From Nitrospirota bacterium (GTDB lineage: Bacteria; Nitrospirota; Nitrospiria; Nitrospirales; Nitrospiraceae): DNA of 64,000 bases. Under the pieces are notes generated by a model that searched no databases, was not told where the DNA came from, and worked only from the letters and a program-made list of their open reading frames with translations. The stretch is from NCBI GenBank assembly GCA_963701855.1, contig CAVPBK010000013.1, forward strand, positions 1 through 64,000, in the 5' to 3' direction. Shown piece by piece: positions 1 to 11,007 of this stretch (position 1 is the stretch's first letter; each line of letters begins with the position of its first letter). The translations under genes and the position numbers were made by a program.

Positions 1-14
1 CATGACCATTTCCC

Positions 15-670
15 TCATTGTCTTTCTACCCTCGTCCTTCGGCACAGCCGCCGATATGCGTTTTCTATATCCCTGCGGTTCCTCAAAATAATAGTCCGGC
101 TGAGGCGACAGTCTGAACCGTTCATACTCAAACGACCAATCCCGAGTCCCGGGCTGACGAGCTTCAAGACCACTCCTTTTCCAGATCCACCCATTCGTAA
201 AATCGCTCGACTCGACCATGATAGTCCGTCTGGACTTCGAAAGTAGGGTTGTACGACCAGCCGTCGTCGCATCACCAATCAGATTCGCTCACGCTCCCCC
301 GGTAAAGAGGAGGGGCGAATCGGAAGCAGATCATCGGGGTCCAGCCTGGTTACCAACAGTTCTTTCTATTGCGCCAGCAGATACCAGGTCTCGGACTTCT
401 CCAAGCCGGATGATTTTGATTGCCGCATACCCATGCTCAGTCCGAACGGCATACCTGTATTCCAGCCGTAAACGATATCCCTTCGAAATACCTGCGCATG
501 GTATTGCCGCCCTTTCACGGTCTTCACCAGCGAACCAGAGAACTCTGCAGTAGGAAATGGCTCCTTCGTCATTCGCCGCATTGCTCGGCAGCCCTTCCTC
601 CCCCACCCACAAAACAAGCCCGAGGCAGAACCCCACCTAAAGACCTCGACACCCGCGTATAAATGGACAT
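15..670 (-). pseudogene. Exported hypothetical protein (DUF4412/LolA-like character), split by several frameshifts
   Basis: Overlapping ORF fragments (366..617, 331..636, 15..278) join into one plausible protein: TAEFSGSLVKTVKG..YRLRLEYRYAVRTEHGYAA..WYLL..DPDDLLP..IGDATTAG..GVVLKLVS. Ends are approximate and the breaks may be sequencing errors. Confidence 0.45.
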
Positions 671-676
671 GGAGGT

Positions 677-1586
677 TCAGTGCTCGATGCTCCTACGAGT
701 GGCTGGATATCGATTGAGTATCCCAGCGTGTCTGGACCAAAGCGGGGATTATCTATCACTTTGAACGCGGATACGGTTTCCTTTCGGCGCAGGAGGGAGA
801 GATGTTCGATCAGTTTACTTTCCGGCCGGATCGTGATCATCTTGGTGAGGCCAGGGCCGGTCTGTGGGTGCCAGACCACTAACTGATAGGTGCCAGGCGG
901 AACGTTCTCGATAGAGAATGCGCCGTTCTCATCTGGTTAGCGCGTAGTAAGGATTGTTGACGGCCATCGCCCAACTTTCCATGTAGGCGTGAAAGCCGCA
1001 TTGCATATAGAACGTTCGCCGTCCCTTGTTCAAGATAGAGTGGCCCGACCAATGACTTACCCGGTGCATGATTGTGTATCGCATGGAGGTCGCCGCGGTG
1101 GTGCTGATGATTCATCACCAAGGGTGTATTGAATAACACGCGTGCGCCGGATTCGATCGAGGTTCGTAACCCTGGATATCGTGCATGACCGGATCCATGT
1201 TGACGACTTCCACAGCATGACCGTTCCGAACGACGGTCATAAAGGGGACGAACTGGCAATCCCTCGCTTCGATCAGGGGAACGGATAGTTCGAATGGTTT
1301 GCCCGCATCAACGCCTTCCAGCAGGACGAGAGCATCCTTCAACCCACCATGCTGATTCACCACGAAATCACGAAGGAGTCGCCAACCTCGCCCATTGGAA
1401 ATACGTCCACAATAGGCTGGATCGGGAAACGTGATGAGGTTGAATCCTTTGGGTTCCGGCACTTTGCCATCCAACCTGATCGTACCCTTCAACTGTCCCT
1501 CCATGCCGCACCTCGATGACATCGTACGCGAACGAGGACTCCGCAGCGACCGTCATGGCTCCCACGACCATGCGTGCGGCCACCAT
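677..1586 (-). CDS. Periplasmic carboxypeptidase-regulatory-like / cupredoxin-like protein, paralogue 2 (frameshifted)
   Basis: Fragments 1368..1586, 1115..1522, 879..1259 and 637..879 join: signal peptide, GFNLITFPDPAYCG, IEARDCQFVP, MHDIQ, MQCGFHAYM, VPPGTYQLVVWHP. Confidence 0.7.
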
Positions 1587-1644
1587 GAAGTCTTATCATT
1601 TGATCCCCGTTTACATGGTTTAAAACACTTTCACGTTTGACGCC

Positions 1645-2558
1645 TCACGGCTTCTGCAATTCCAGGGTCGGTCTGATATCGATGGATTTACCCAGTGAAC
1701 CCAGTCCAAAGTGCGTGTTCTCCTCGATCTCATGGGCGGAACGTCGTCCCTTCGGAGACTCAAAGACAAAGTCGGCCTTGACGCATCCGCTTCGCCGGAA
1801 CCGTCACTTTCTTTTCCGTCATCGTGCCCACGCCGGGATGCCACGCCATCAAGGTGTAGTCCCCGGGAAGCACGTCATGAAGCGAGAAGGTTCCGTCGGC
1901 CTGCGTGATGGCAAAATATGGGTTATCGACGGCCATCCCCCAGCTTTCCATATAGGCATGGAAGCCGCATTGCATGACAAAAATCCGGCGGTCTTTCGTC
2001 ATACGAATGACCTCCTTCATCGGCTGGCCAGCCAGGTGTTCGTGACTATCGAACCCGACATTGCGCTTGTGGTGTGAGTTCATGGGCAACGGTGTATTGA
2101 ACAGTACTCGGGGGCCGAGATGCGACGTTTCGTAGGCCTGGATGTCGTGTAACACGGGGTCCAGGTTCACGACTTTCACCTCCGAGCGATCCTTAACCAA
2201 CCACATTGACAAATGGAAGAAACCGGCAGTCCCTCGCTTCAATCGTCGGCGGCTCGAACATAAAGGGCTTCCTCTTCTTCGCATCCACCAACAGGACGAC
2301 CGTGTCTTTAAGCCCTCCGTCTGCGGCGACGGAAAACTCTTGTAGAATGCGCCAGCCCGTTCCAGTGGAAATCCGACCGCAATAGACCGGATCGGGAAAC
2401 GTGATCAGGTTGAACCCTTTGGGAATCGGCGTCCCCTCCGTTATGGTCACCTTACCGGCGATGGTTCCTCCGTCTACGACCTGAATTTCTTCATAGGCCC
2501 AGGCAACAGAAAGGCCCAGCATCAGCCATCCGAAGAAAACGAACAGAGGCACCTTCAT
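1645..2558 (-). CDS. Periplasmic carboxypeptidase-regulatory-like / cupredoxin-like protein, paralogue 1 (frameshifted)
   Basis: RBS GGAGG before ATG 2558. ORFs 2193..2588 and 1760..2284 join near 2195. Motifs GFNLITFPDPVYCG, LHDIQ, MQCGFHAYM, PGDYTLMAWHP. Confidence 0.75.
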
Positions 2559-2627
2559 GAGTCCTCCGCGATTCCTTTTTCTAAGCAAGCCAGACGTTCC
2601 AGCATCCTATCAAAAGGCTGCACCAAA

Positions 2628-2662
2628 GAAAAAGGGGGAAGCCACGGCGCCCCCCCCTTCTC
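2628..2662 (-). terminator. Probable intrinsic terminator/attenuator after the multicopper oxidase
   Basis: G-rich/C-rich hairpin followed by a T run on the minus strand. Confidence 0.5.
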
Positions 2663-2702
2663 CTGATTCGCTATATCCTGCGCGCGGCAGGAACGTTCAA
2701 TC

Positions 2703-5700
2703 TTACTTCGCTGCGACCGGGATTATCTGCACCGGTTGCTCAACCGATGTGCTCTTCATGCCAGCACCGGCGCCGATGAGAGGCAGCAAGCGTGTATCGC
2801 CTGCCGGCAACACACGCACATAACCCCACTGGCCGGACTGGGAATAGGGCAACCGCTGGTTGCTATATACATAGTCGCCAGGCAGACGGTACGGTCCACC
2901 AGCTGAGGGCAGGAACGCATCGAGTACTTCAGACCCAGCGAATTCGACTACGCTGATCAGGTCCGCACCGCGCATGAAGGGCTCGATCGGCCACTCGTGC
3001 TTTTCGACGCTGAACATTCCGTTCTGCTCATTGCTCGCCCCAATCACATGAATACGCACCGGATCGCCTGTATGCGCCTCGATGAGCGGTGTGGCTGGGT
3101 CTTCCGGCTGGTTAGCCTTACAAGGCTGGAACATCTTGCCCAGTGAGCAACCCTGCTCTTCGCGATACTTGTACGGCTCCGACCGATAGTTGACGCCGGT
3201 CAGACCCGCCACGTTTTGCACATAGGGCATAAAGCTTGTGCCGATGATGTTGTCTTCGTCTTGAAAGAATAGAGCCACGTCGCGATAATTGGCTCGCATC
3301 TCGTTGCCGGGCACCGAACGATCGATAATCACGTCGGCGGCCCAGGCGTTCTTGTTTGTGAGATCGGCGCCGGTCTTCGGATCACGATACTTAGATCCCT
3401 TTGGACCAACCACCACGGCTCCGAACAACCCATTCCGTGGGTTCGTCATCACATTACCCCAATCCCACACCAACGACGTGGTTTCACCATTGAATGGATC
3501 CGCATAGTAGGTATAAGTTCGCTCGGCACCAGGTGCGATCGTCTGATCGCCCTGGTTGTTACCGATGTTGGCACCCATGGAATCCTTAGGATCGAAGGCC
3601 AGCCCGATCGCGGAGAAGGAGGCCTTACCCTCCTTCATCTTGTTCTTCAGATTGACCTTGACGCAATCACCGATATTCACACGAATCGTCAGGGGCATCG
3701 GATGCGCACCGCTGGCCACCTTCGCCGTGTCCTCCTCTAATGCATAGATCTTCGCTTCAGGATTTCTGATTTGGATCGTCCGCTCGAAGTCCACCTCGAT
3801 GGCGTCTGGGGCCTTCGCGTTGAACTTCATGGCTGGATAATCCAAGGCCACGACGTTGAAGCTCTTCACTGGCGCATCTGCAGGGCAAACCGGCAACGTC
3901 TTAGGAATCTCCCCCTTGATGGAGAAACCGGCCGGGAGCTTCTTCAAATCAGCCTGCTCCTTGTCATAGACACGGAGAATGCCCCAGGCCCCTTCAGAAA
4001 ACTTCGATGACCGTCCGTTGAAGTGGATATAGTCACCAGCTTGCAACCGCGGTCCGCCAGCTTGAGGTACTACAAGGTCGTAACGCTCTGCAATCCCGAT
4101 ATGCATCGAATTCTTCCGGTTCGCATCGCCTGCATAACGCTCGCTCAAGAAGGTATGGCCAGCAAGGGTCCAGGTCATCGTTTCGTTCATCAACGTATGC
4201 AACAACCGAAAGACCATCGTATCTCCGACATACGCCCTCAGGAGAGGCGTGTAGGGATCACCATGGATCTGACTGTTGAACGCCTGCGATACGTCGGGAT
4301 TGGTCGCCAATCGCTGGGCGATCGGACCGGCCCTGAAGTTCAACCCGCTGCCGGTGGTATGGGTTCCGCCGTTCAGAAACGGCATTGGCGTCATATAAAG
4401 CTTCTCAGGCATCATGAACGACACGGTCTTCCCTGCCTCAAGCGCCACTTCAATCGGCTGCCCCGGCGGATTGCCAGCCGTTACGATGTTGACGGTGTGT
4501 GGCACTGTGTCGTGCACTTGCACCATCAACTCACGGAAGCTGTTGTTCACTCCAAAGCCGACCGGCTCAACCGTACGAATGTCCGCAACCGGACCGCTCC
4601 GAATCATCTTCCCGGTCTTTGGATCGTGATAGGTCGACCCTACTGGTTCAGCGATGAAGGTCCCGAAGCCGCCGTGCGGCCAAGTGGTCGCACCGAATGC
4701 ATGGTCGTGCCAGAACACGGTGCCCACATCCGCATCGACCCAGAACCGCTGCCGAACGAACTCCACCGTCACGATATCATTCGCCGGGTGATCGTTCTTC
4801 AATCCCTTGGTCAAGGTGAGCGTGTTGCCGTTGATCCCCTTGATGCGGGAAATTTCGTTACCCTTCACGTTATCGGCGCCGACGAGTATCAACGTACCGA
4901 CGTGGTACTGGCCTGCATTCTTTACGGTAAGCGAGGTTGCCCCCTTTTTCACCGGTGAGGTCAAGACCGTATTCATCGGGAGAGGCAACCCTTTTTTGTT
5001 CTTCTTCTCCAGCATCGTGAACGGGCGGACCGACTGTTCGTAGGAAAATCCGGTGATCACGCCGTCCGAGGCTTGGTTATCGAACTGGAGGAAATGCCAG
5101 TGGGTATTGATCTTAGACGACTGGAAGTTCGTATAGTCGTCATCGTCCCATTCGCTGGTTAGCGTCCAGTCCACACAATCGTAGATGTTACCGCGGACGA
5201 CCAAGGGATATTTCAGATCGTCGTTCGCACGGATGGCTGCCTCTTCTTCATGGAGCACATAGATCAACCCATTTGGGTCAATCACTGGCGGCTCTTTACC
5301 CTGGGCCTTGGCGATCTTGATCGGCACCTTGATGAAGTGGACATTGAATTCCTTCCGTCCGGCGTTCTCCGGACAGAGACTCCAGATGCCATTCTCCCCG
5401 GCTTGGAATTGTCATTGCTCTCATCCCCATTCGCATCCCGGCGGATCATCTCCAGCCAGGGCGCGCCCACATGGTTCGGGGAGAACATCACCCGCTTACC
5501 GAAGTGCGGCGTCAGGTGAGGCCAGGCCACCTTACCGGTCAACGGTTCAAACATAATCGGATGCCTCTTGCCCGGATGGGAAGACTTGTACTTGGGATTG
5601 TCCGTCGTGCTTTCCTTCTCACTCATCGCACGATTGCCGTCCCAGGCCCAGTCCAACACGGTGGCATCGTAGGATACAAGCTGACCCTTCTCATCATCTT

Positions 5701-7568
5701 TGTGGCCAGGCTTGCCCATTGTCGGCATCTGCATCGTGACCCAATCCTTCACCGTGATGACGGCAGGGTTAGTGGTCCAGTTGCTCTTGCCTTTGTCGAT
5801 GATCGTAAAGGCTTTACCGAACCAATCGACTGTCTGGCCGACCAGCTTGTCCGACGAGATCGGAACCCTGATCCGGCCCTTGCGGTCCGGCAACTCGCGC
5901 AGATCCGGCATCACGTCGTTCCGCAAGTCTCCCTGCTGGATTGTGTTATACACACGCCAGTAACCCCACATACCAGACACATAATGATGCGCGACATGGC
6001 AATGGAAGAGGAAGTCACCCGCCAGCTGCTGGCAGAGGCCTGAACCGCACTCCGTCTCAAGGTCGAGGGCTTCGGAAGGACCGATGACTTCGACATCGAC
6101 CCGGTCTGTTTTTGTACGAATCACGGGATACTTCACCGGACCATTCCCTGCCGTCGCCCAAAGATTCATATCGTCGATCGCCCGTGGGCTGCGCGGCCAC
6201 CGAATGGTTCCACCATGAGGATGATGCGAGTGGAAGACTTCCGATCCACCGTGCACCAGGCGGAACTTGGCAGGATCTCCGATGTAGGAGCGGGGAATTG
6301 TCGGCGAGGGATCGCCAAAGGTATAGGAGCTATAGCCCATCGACTCGTCTTCGAACCCAAAGTACTCGTGCTGAAGATGCATATTGTTGATGCCGAACGG
6401 CTCGCTGCGATAATTGATCGCACGGCCGCCTGGACGATAGGTATCGGTCAACGGATCACGCTGCGGCAGGAAGTCGCCCTTCCTATTGAGAGGGCGGAAA
6501 GCTTCGTCGCCGATTTCATGATAGATCAGCACAAACTCGCGGAAGTCCGGGCCGGTCCCGTTTTTAATGATTGTCTGCCACCCACTGGAGGCCGGCGTGG
6601 GATCGCCTGCGCCAAGCGGCTCGAGATAGCTCGATCCGCGCGGCTCGACGACAAACGCGCCAAACAAGCCCATCACCGTCAACTCACGATCTTGGGCATA
6701 GGTATGGAATTGACGGACACCTTCCTGAATGTTCGGGTGGAGATACCACTCGAACTCGCCGGTCTTCTTTTCTTCAACGATAGAGTCGGGGTTGGTCGTC
6801 GCCGCCGCCGCGCCGGTGGCACTCACCACCATGCTCGACCCGTGAATATGCAGGCTGACCGGTCCGCCGCCTTCTTCCAGCTTGTTTGAGAGCTTGATCT
6901 TGATACAGTCGCCCTGGTTTCCGCGGAAGACGAGGGGCTGAATCCACTGGGCCTGCACGCCTGGAATCACAGCGCCTGGATCGAACCCTTCCTTATCGCG
7001 CGCTTCCTTGTTCTTGGCTTCTTCGGCGCGCACTTTATCTAGATCTTCATCCAGCACGTACATGTAGCCAGGATAGAAATCGAGCCACTGGTTAAGCGTG
7101 ATCTCGACGTTGATCGTGGAGATATTGTACTGCTTCACCGGAGCGGTAGCAGGACACTTTCCCCCGCCTGTCAAAGCCACCGGTTCCACTCGCGGATCGG
7201 ACACAAGGAGCAGGTCCTGACCGCCTGCTCCATACTGGTGCATCATGGAGGAGGTGTTGTACATCCCAGTGTTGACACCCTGCATCTGCGGGTCTTGGGC
7301 CATATGCTCCATGATCCGCTGATGCTGCTGTTCAACCATCGCAGAACGTTCTGGTCTGCCGCTCATCGCATCCTCGACGATTGTCTGGCCTTTGAGTTTT
7401 TCAGCCCAACCAGGCAGCTGATGGTTCATCGCGACGTGCTGCGACGGCGTCTGTCCAGGCTTTGAGGGATTCTCTGCAGATGCGAGCGGTACCCCGATGA
7501 GGGCTATCGACGCTATCGCGCCGAGCATGCGGGTAAGACACGCAAGCCCGTAGTTTGTGTATGAACAT
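2703..7568 (-). CDS. Large (~1,600 aa) multicopper oxidase, MnxG-like; apparent frameshifts near 5398 and just after the start codon
   Basis: ORFs 5282..7528 and 2703..5327 join at a C-run near 5396-5400. Cu motifs SLHIHG, FHSHHPHG, FHCHVAHHYVSGM, NTHWHFLQFD, FWHDHAFG. RBS AAGGAGG precedes ATG 7568; N-terminal signal peptide. Confidence 0.85.
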
Positions 7569-7895
7569 GGACCGGCCTCCTTAAAAATGGGGGTAAAAAA
7601 GCCAATAGCCTATCTAAATCAATACGAAAATCTCAGGTTTAGAAATGATTTGCTGTTATACCAAACCTCCCCGATAAATCTGAGAGAGGGGGCATCTTCA
7701 ATAAGTAGGCGGAAGATACTGAACTTCACATATGCTGTCAACCCCCCGCATAACCTCTTGCTGTTGCTGATACGGCCCGCCTGTCCTCTCATACTGAGGC
7801 CCACCTCGCATAGATGAATGAGGCGTTCGCTCTCTGACATCTGAGAGTTTCTTCTTCGATGCGCATACCTCCATTTATATGCGATAATCAGTGTT

Positions 7896-9707
7896 ATGCT
7901 TCTGAAACGTTGGCTGGTGGGCGATCCGCTCAAGAGTACTCAGGCAGTACACGAAAGGCTGTCAAAAACCCTCGCTCTCGCGATCTTTTCCTCGAACGCG
8001 ATTTCTTCCGTGGCCTATGCCACGGAAGAAATCTTGCTGGTGCTGGTCCTTGCGGGAACCGCCGCCGTTGCCTGGTCCATTCCCGTCAGTTTTGCGATTC
8101 TGTTTCTCGTCGTCGTCCTGACCATTTCCTACCGCCAAATCATCTACGAATACCCGGAGGGTGGCGGGGCCTACATTGTCGCCCGCAACAATTTGGGGGA
8201 ATTGCCGTCGCTGACTGCCGCGGCGGCGTTGATGATTGACTATGTGCTCACCGTGGCCGTCAGCGTGGCGGCAGGCATCGCGGCCCTGACGTCGGCTGTT
8301 CCGAGTTTGTTCGAACATCGCGAAGCCCTCGGGCTCGCCGCCATTATTTTCATTATCGTCATGAATCTTCGCGGCGTGCGAGAGTCGGGGAAATTCTTCG
8401 CTGTCCCCACCTACTTTGCCATCGGCGCTCTCGGTGTAATGGTGGTGGTCGGAAGTATCCAGACCCTGTTCGGACAAGCTGTCCCGATGTCGCCGGACCA
8501 CCAGACGGCGGTCGAAGAACTGACTCTGTTTCTGATTCTTCGCTCATTTGCCGCCGGCTGTTCGGCTGTGACCGGGATGGAAGTAATCTCGAACGGCGTG
8601 AAAGCCTTTCGCCGGCCGGAATCCCAAAATGCTTCGACCACCATGATTCAAATGTCGCTGATTCTGGCCGCGTTATTTATGGGTATCAGCTTCCTAGCTG
8701 ACCATTATGGAGTGCTTCCCAAAACGGATGAGACGATCATTTCTCAATTAGCGCGTCTCACCTTTGGCACCGGCGCGCTCTATTACTCGCTCCAGATTGG
8801 GACGATGCTGCTGTTAATCCTTGCCGCCAACAGCGCCTTTGCCGGCTTCCCCCACCTCGCTTCAATCCTGGCGCGCGACGGCTATATGCCCCGTCAGATG
8901 GCGACGTTCGGCGACCGCTTGGTGTTCTCGAACGGAATCGTCATCTTAGGGATCTTCGCCTGTTTCCTCCTCATCCTCTTTCACGGCGACACGCACGCCT
9001 TGATCCCGCTATACGCCGTCGGCGTGTTCATCTCCTTCACATTATCCCAATCCGGCATGGTGCGTCGATGGCTGACCAAGAAGGGGCCTCATTGGCGAAA
9101 GAACCTGATTGTAAACGGCGCAGGCGCCATCACGACCGGCATTGCCACCGTTATTCTTGCCAGCACCAAGTTTACGCACGGCGCCTGGATCGTCTTTCTG
9201 CTCATTTTCATATTGGTCTTAATGTTCCGTTCGATCCGCTCGCACTACAAGGCCGTTGCTGAACAGATCACGCTCACGCGTGATCACCGGCCTCCACTTC
9301 CACGGCGCAATATCGTCGTGATTCCCATCAACGGCGTCAATCAAGCGGTCATTCGCGCGGTCGATTACGCGCGCAGCCGTCCCGGCGAAATTCAGGCGGT
9401 AATGGTGGATGTGGATGCAGAATCTACGGCGCGCATACAAATCCAGTGGGCCCAGTGGGGCTGTGGTGTCCGGTTGTCGGTGTTGCCCTGCCCATATCGC
9501 TCTGTCCTGAGTTCCTTTCTCGACTACGTCGAGGAACTCTTGAAAAAGGAGCCGGACACCTGGGTGACCGTCGTGATCCCGGAGATTCTTCCCGCCCATT
9601 GGTGGCAGGGCATCCTGCACAACCAGCACGCGCTGCTCCTCAAAACAGCGCTGCTGTTCAAAGAGCGCGTCATCCTGACCGACGTCCCCTTCCACCTGAA
9701 GAGGTAA
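7896..9707 (+). CDS. APC-superfamily permease, KimA/YdaO-like
   Basis: 603 aa; SSxAxSSVAY, SYRQIIYxYPxGGGAY, DYxLTVAVS, TGxExISN, and a C-terminal cytoplasmic domain with LHNQ. Confidence 0.85.
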   Translation: MLLKRWLVGDPLKSTQAVHERLSKTLALAIFSSNAISSVAYATEEILLVLVLAGTAAVAWSIPVSFAILFLVVVLTISYRQIIYEYPEGGGAYIVARNNLGELPSLTAAAALMIDYVLTVAVSVAAGIAALTSAVPSLFEHREALGLAAIIFIIVMNLRGVRESGKFFAVPTYFAIGALGVMVVVGSIQTLFGQAVPMSPDHQTAVEELTLFLILRSFAAGCSAVTGMEVISNGVKAFRRPESQNASTTMIQMSLILAALFMGISFLADHYGVLPKTDETIISQLARLTFGTGALYYSLQIGTMLLLILAANSAFAGFPHLASILARDGYMPRQMATFGDRLVFSNGIVILGIFACFLLILFHGDTHALIPLYAVGVFISFTLSQSGMVRRWLTKKGPHWRKNLIVNGAGAITTGIATVILASTKFTHGAWIVFLLIFILVLMFRSIRSHYKAVAEQITLTRDHRPPLPRRNIVVIPINGVNQAVIRAVDYARSRPGEIQAVMVDVDAESTARIQIQWAQWGCGVRLSVLPCPYRSVLSSFLDYVEELLKKEPDTWVTVVIPEILPAHWWQGILHNQHALLLKTALLFKERVILTDVPFHLKR

Positions 9708-9709
9708 CC

Positions 9710-10771
9710 GTGAAGCGCGAAACGTTAGACGTAAAACGTGAGGCGTGGACTCGTAACTTTTGTCTTTTCGCTTTTGCCTTTTGCCTCGCGCTTCCAGCGC
9801 AGCAGGCGCTCGCTTTCAAAATTACAGAGCCGGTGGAGGGCGGCAAACTCACGTCGGGCACAACCGTCACTGCTCGTGTGGACCTCGGCAAAGATTCCGG
9901 CATCGGCCAAGTCCGCTACTATTGGTATGCCGAGCAGGACGATACCCTGGTCGAACAAGAAGACGCCACAGCCACGGGATCGATCGTTGCTCCGGTGGCC
10001 CTGATCGGATTGTCCGACCATCACCCACCCTTTGGCGGCCCACTGGTGGTTCCGAAAGCCGGCATCGGGCCGATGCGTTTGCTGGCGGTCGCCGAAATTT
10101 CACGCGGACGGTTGGAAACGAGATTCGTCTTCGATGAAATTATGGTGAACGTAGAACCCACCGCCGGTCTCACTACCATCGAATTTGAAACCGACAAGCC
10201 CTTGCAACTCGGACGCGCCGGCCAATCCTCTGCATTCGGTCATGTCGATTCAATGGGCAAGATCTTCGAGTTGCCTGTTGTCGGTGAGTTCGCCGACGGC
10301 GTTACTCGCCGGATCAGCTCACCGGCCAGCGGCACCAGTTACAAGTCTTCCAATGACAAGGTCATCAAGGTCTTGAAAGATGGCCTGCTCCGGATCGTCG
10401 GCAACGGCAAGGCCATGCTCATAGTAACCAATCGCGGTAAGCAAGCTCAGCTGGACGTAGAAGTCAACGTGAACGACGAACCAAATGAACCACCGATCGC
10501 CGACGCAGGAACGAATAAAATCGTGAAGGCCGGCTCGAAAGTGAAGTTGAGCGGATTGAAAAGCCGCGATGCCGAAGGCGAAGCGCTCTATTATTCGTGG
10601 AGTCAGGTACGAGGCAACAAGATCGCACTGCTGGACGTGGATAACGCCGAAGCATCGTTCCTCGCGCCGATCGTGTCAGAGAAACGGACCTATCGGTTCA
10701 AGTTACGGGTGACGGATAAGAAGGGGGCGGACTCTGTGCCGGCCTATGTGGACGTCACCGTCGAGCCCTAG
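9710..10771 (+). CDS. Exported protein with Ig-like domains and a C-terminal PKD/REJ-like domain
   Basis: GTG start right after the permease stop; signal peptide ending ALA; NEPPIADAG..VKLSG..YSWSQV..FKLRVTD. Confidence 0.7.
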   Translation: MKRETLDVKREAWTRNFCLFAFAFCLALPAQQALAFKITEPVEGGKLTSGTTVTARVDLGKDSGIGQVRYYWYAEQDDTLVEQEDATATGSIVAPVALIGLSDHHPPFGGPLVVPKAGIGPMRLLAVAEISRGRLETRFVFDEIMVNVEPTAGLTTIEFETDKPLQLGRAGQSSAFGHVDSMGKIFELPVVGEFADGVTRRISSPASGTSYKSSNDKVIKVLKDGLLRIVGNGKAMLIVTNRGKQAQLDVEVNVNDEPNEPPIADAGTNKIVKAGSKVKLSGLKSRDAEGEALYYSWSQVRGNKIALLDVDNAEASFLAPIVSEKRTYRFKLRVTDKKGADSVPAYVDVTVEP

Positions 10772-10772
10772 C

Positions 10773-10894
10773 AGGCTGCTGAAAACAACCTCCAACTGCG
10801 TTGTCAGTCGCGTGCCCTCCTCACATACCCTCACCGCGTATGCTCCGGTGGTCCCGCTCCCTGCCGCCTTGTTGGAGGCCGTTTTGAGCAGCCT
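10773..10894. repeat. Palindromic intergenic repeat / MITE-like element, copy 1
   Basis: Imperfect terminal IR AGGCTGCTGAAAAC..CTCCAAC / GTTGGAG..GTTTTGAGCAGCCT, with CTAG just upstream; related to 35005-35170. Confidence 0.7.
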
Positions 10895-11007
10895 TCGGGG
10901 TCTCAAAACAAACTCGCCGTAATAACCAAGGCTCTGCGGTCAAGAGGAAGATCCCACTGATCGCATAACTTGACCCAAAATTTTACGAAGCGTAGCATTC
11001 GAGCAAG

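Noticed and set aside
5282..5400. Multicopper oxidase as two separate genes or a programmed frameshift
   Set aside because: One added base in a C-run gives a continuous protein; the second ORF has no RBS and no slippery heptamer is evident.
4023..6889. Long plus-strand ORFs opposite the oxidase, and similar shadow ORFs such as 29895..30677, 42078..42944 and 51936..52838
   Set aside because: Antisense shadows of well-supported genes, with no recognisable motifs.
7570..7895. c-di-AMP (ydaO) riboswitch upstream of the KimA-like gene
   Set aside because: The conserved GCTGAATCC / GGAACC / GTCAGCTAAC blocks are not present.
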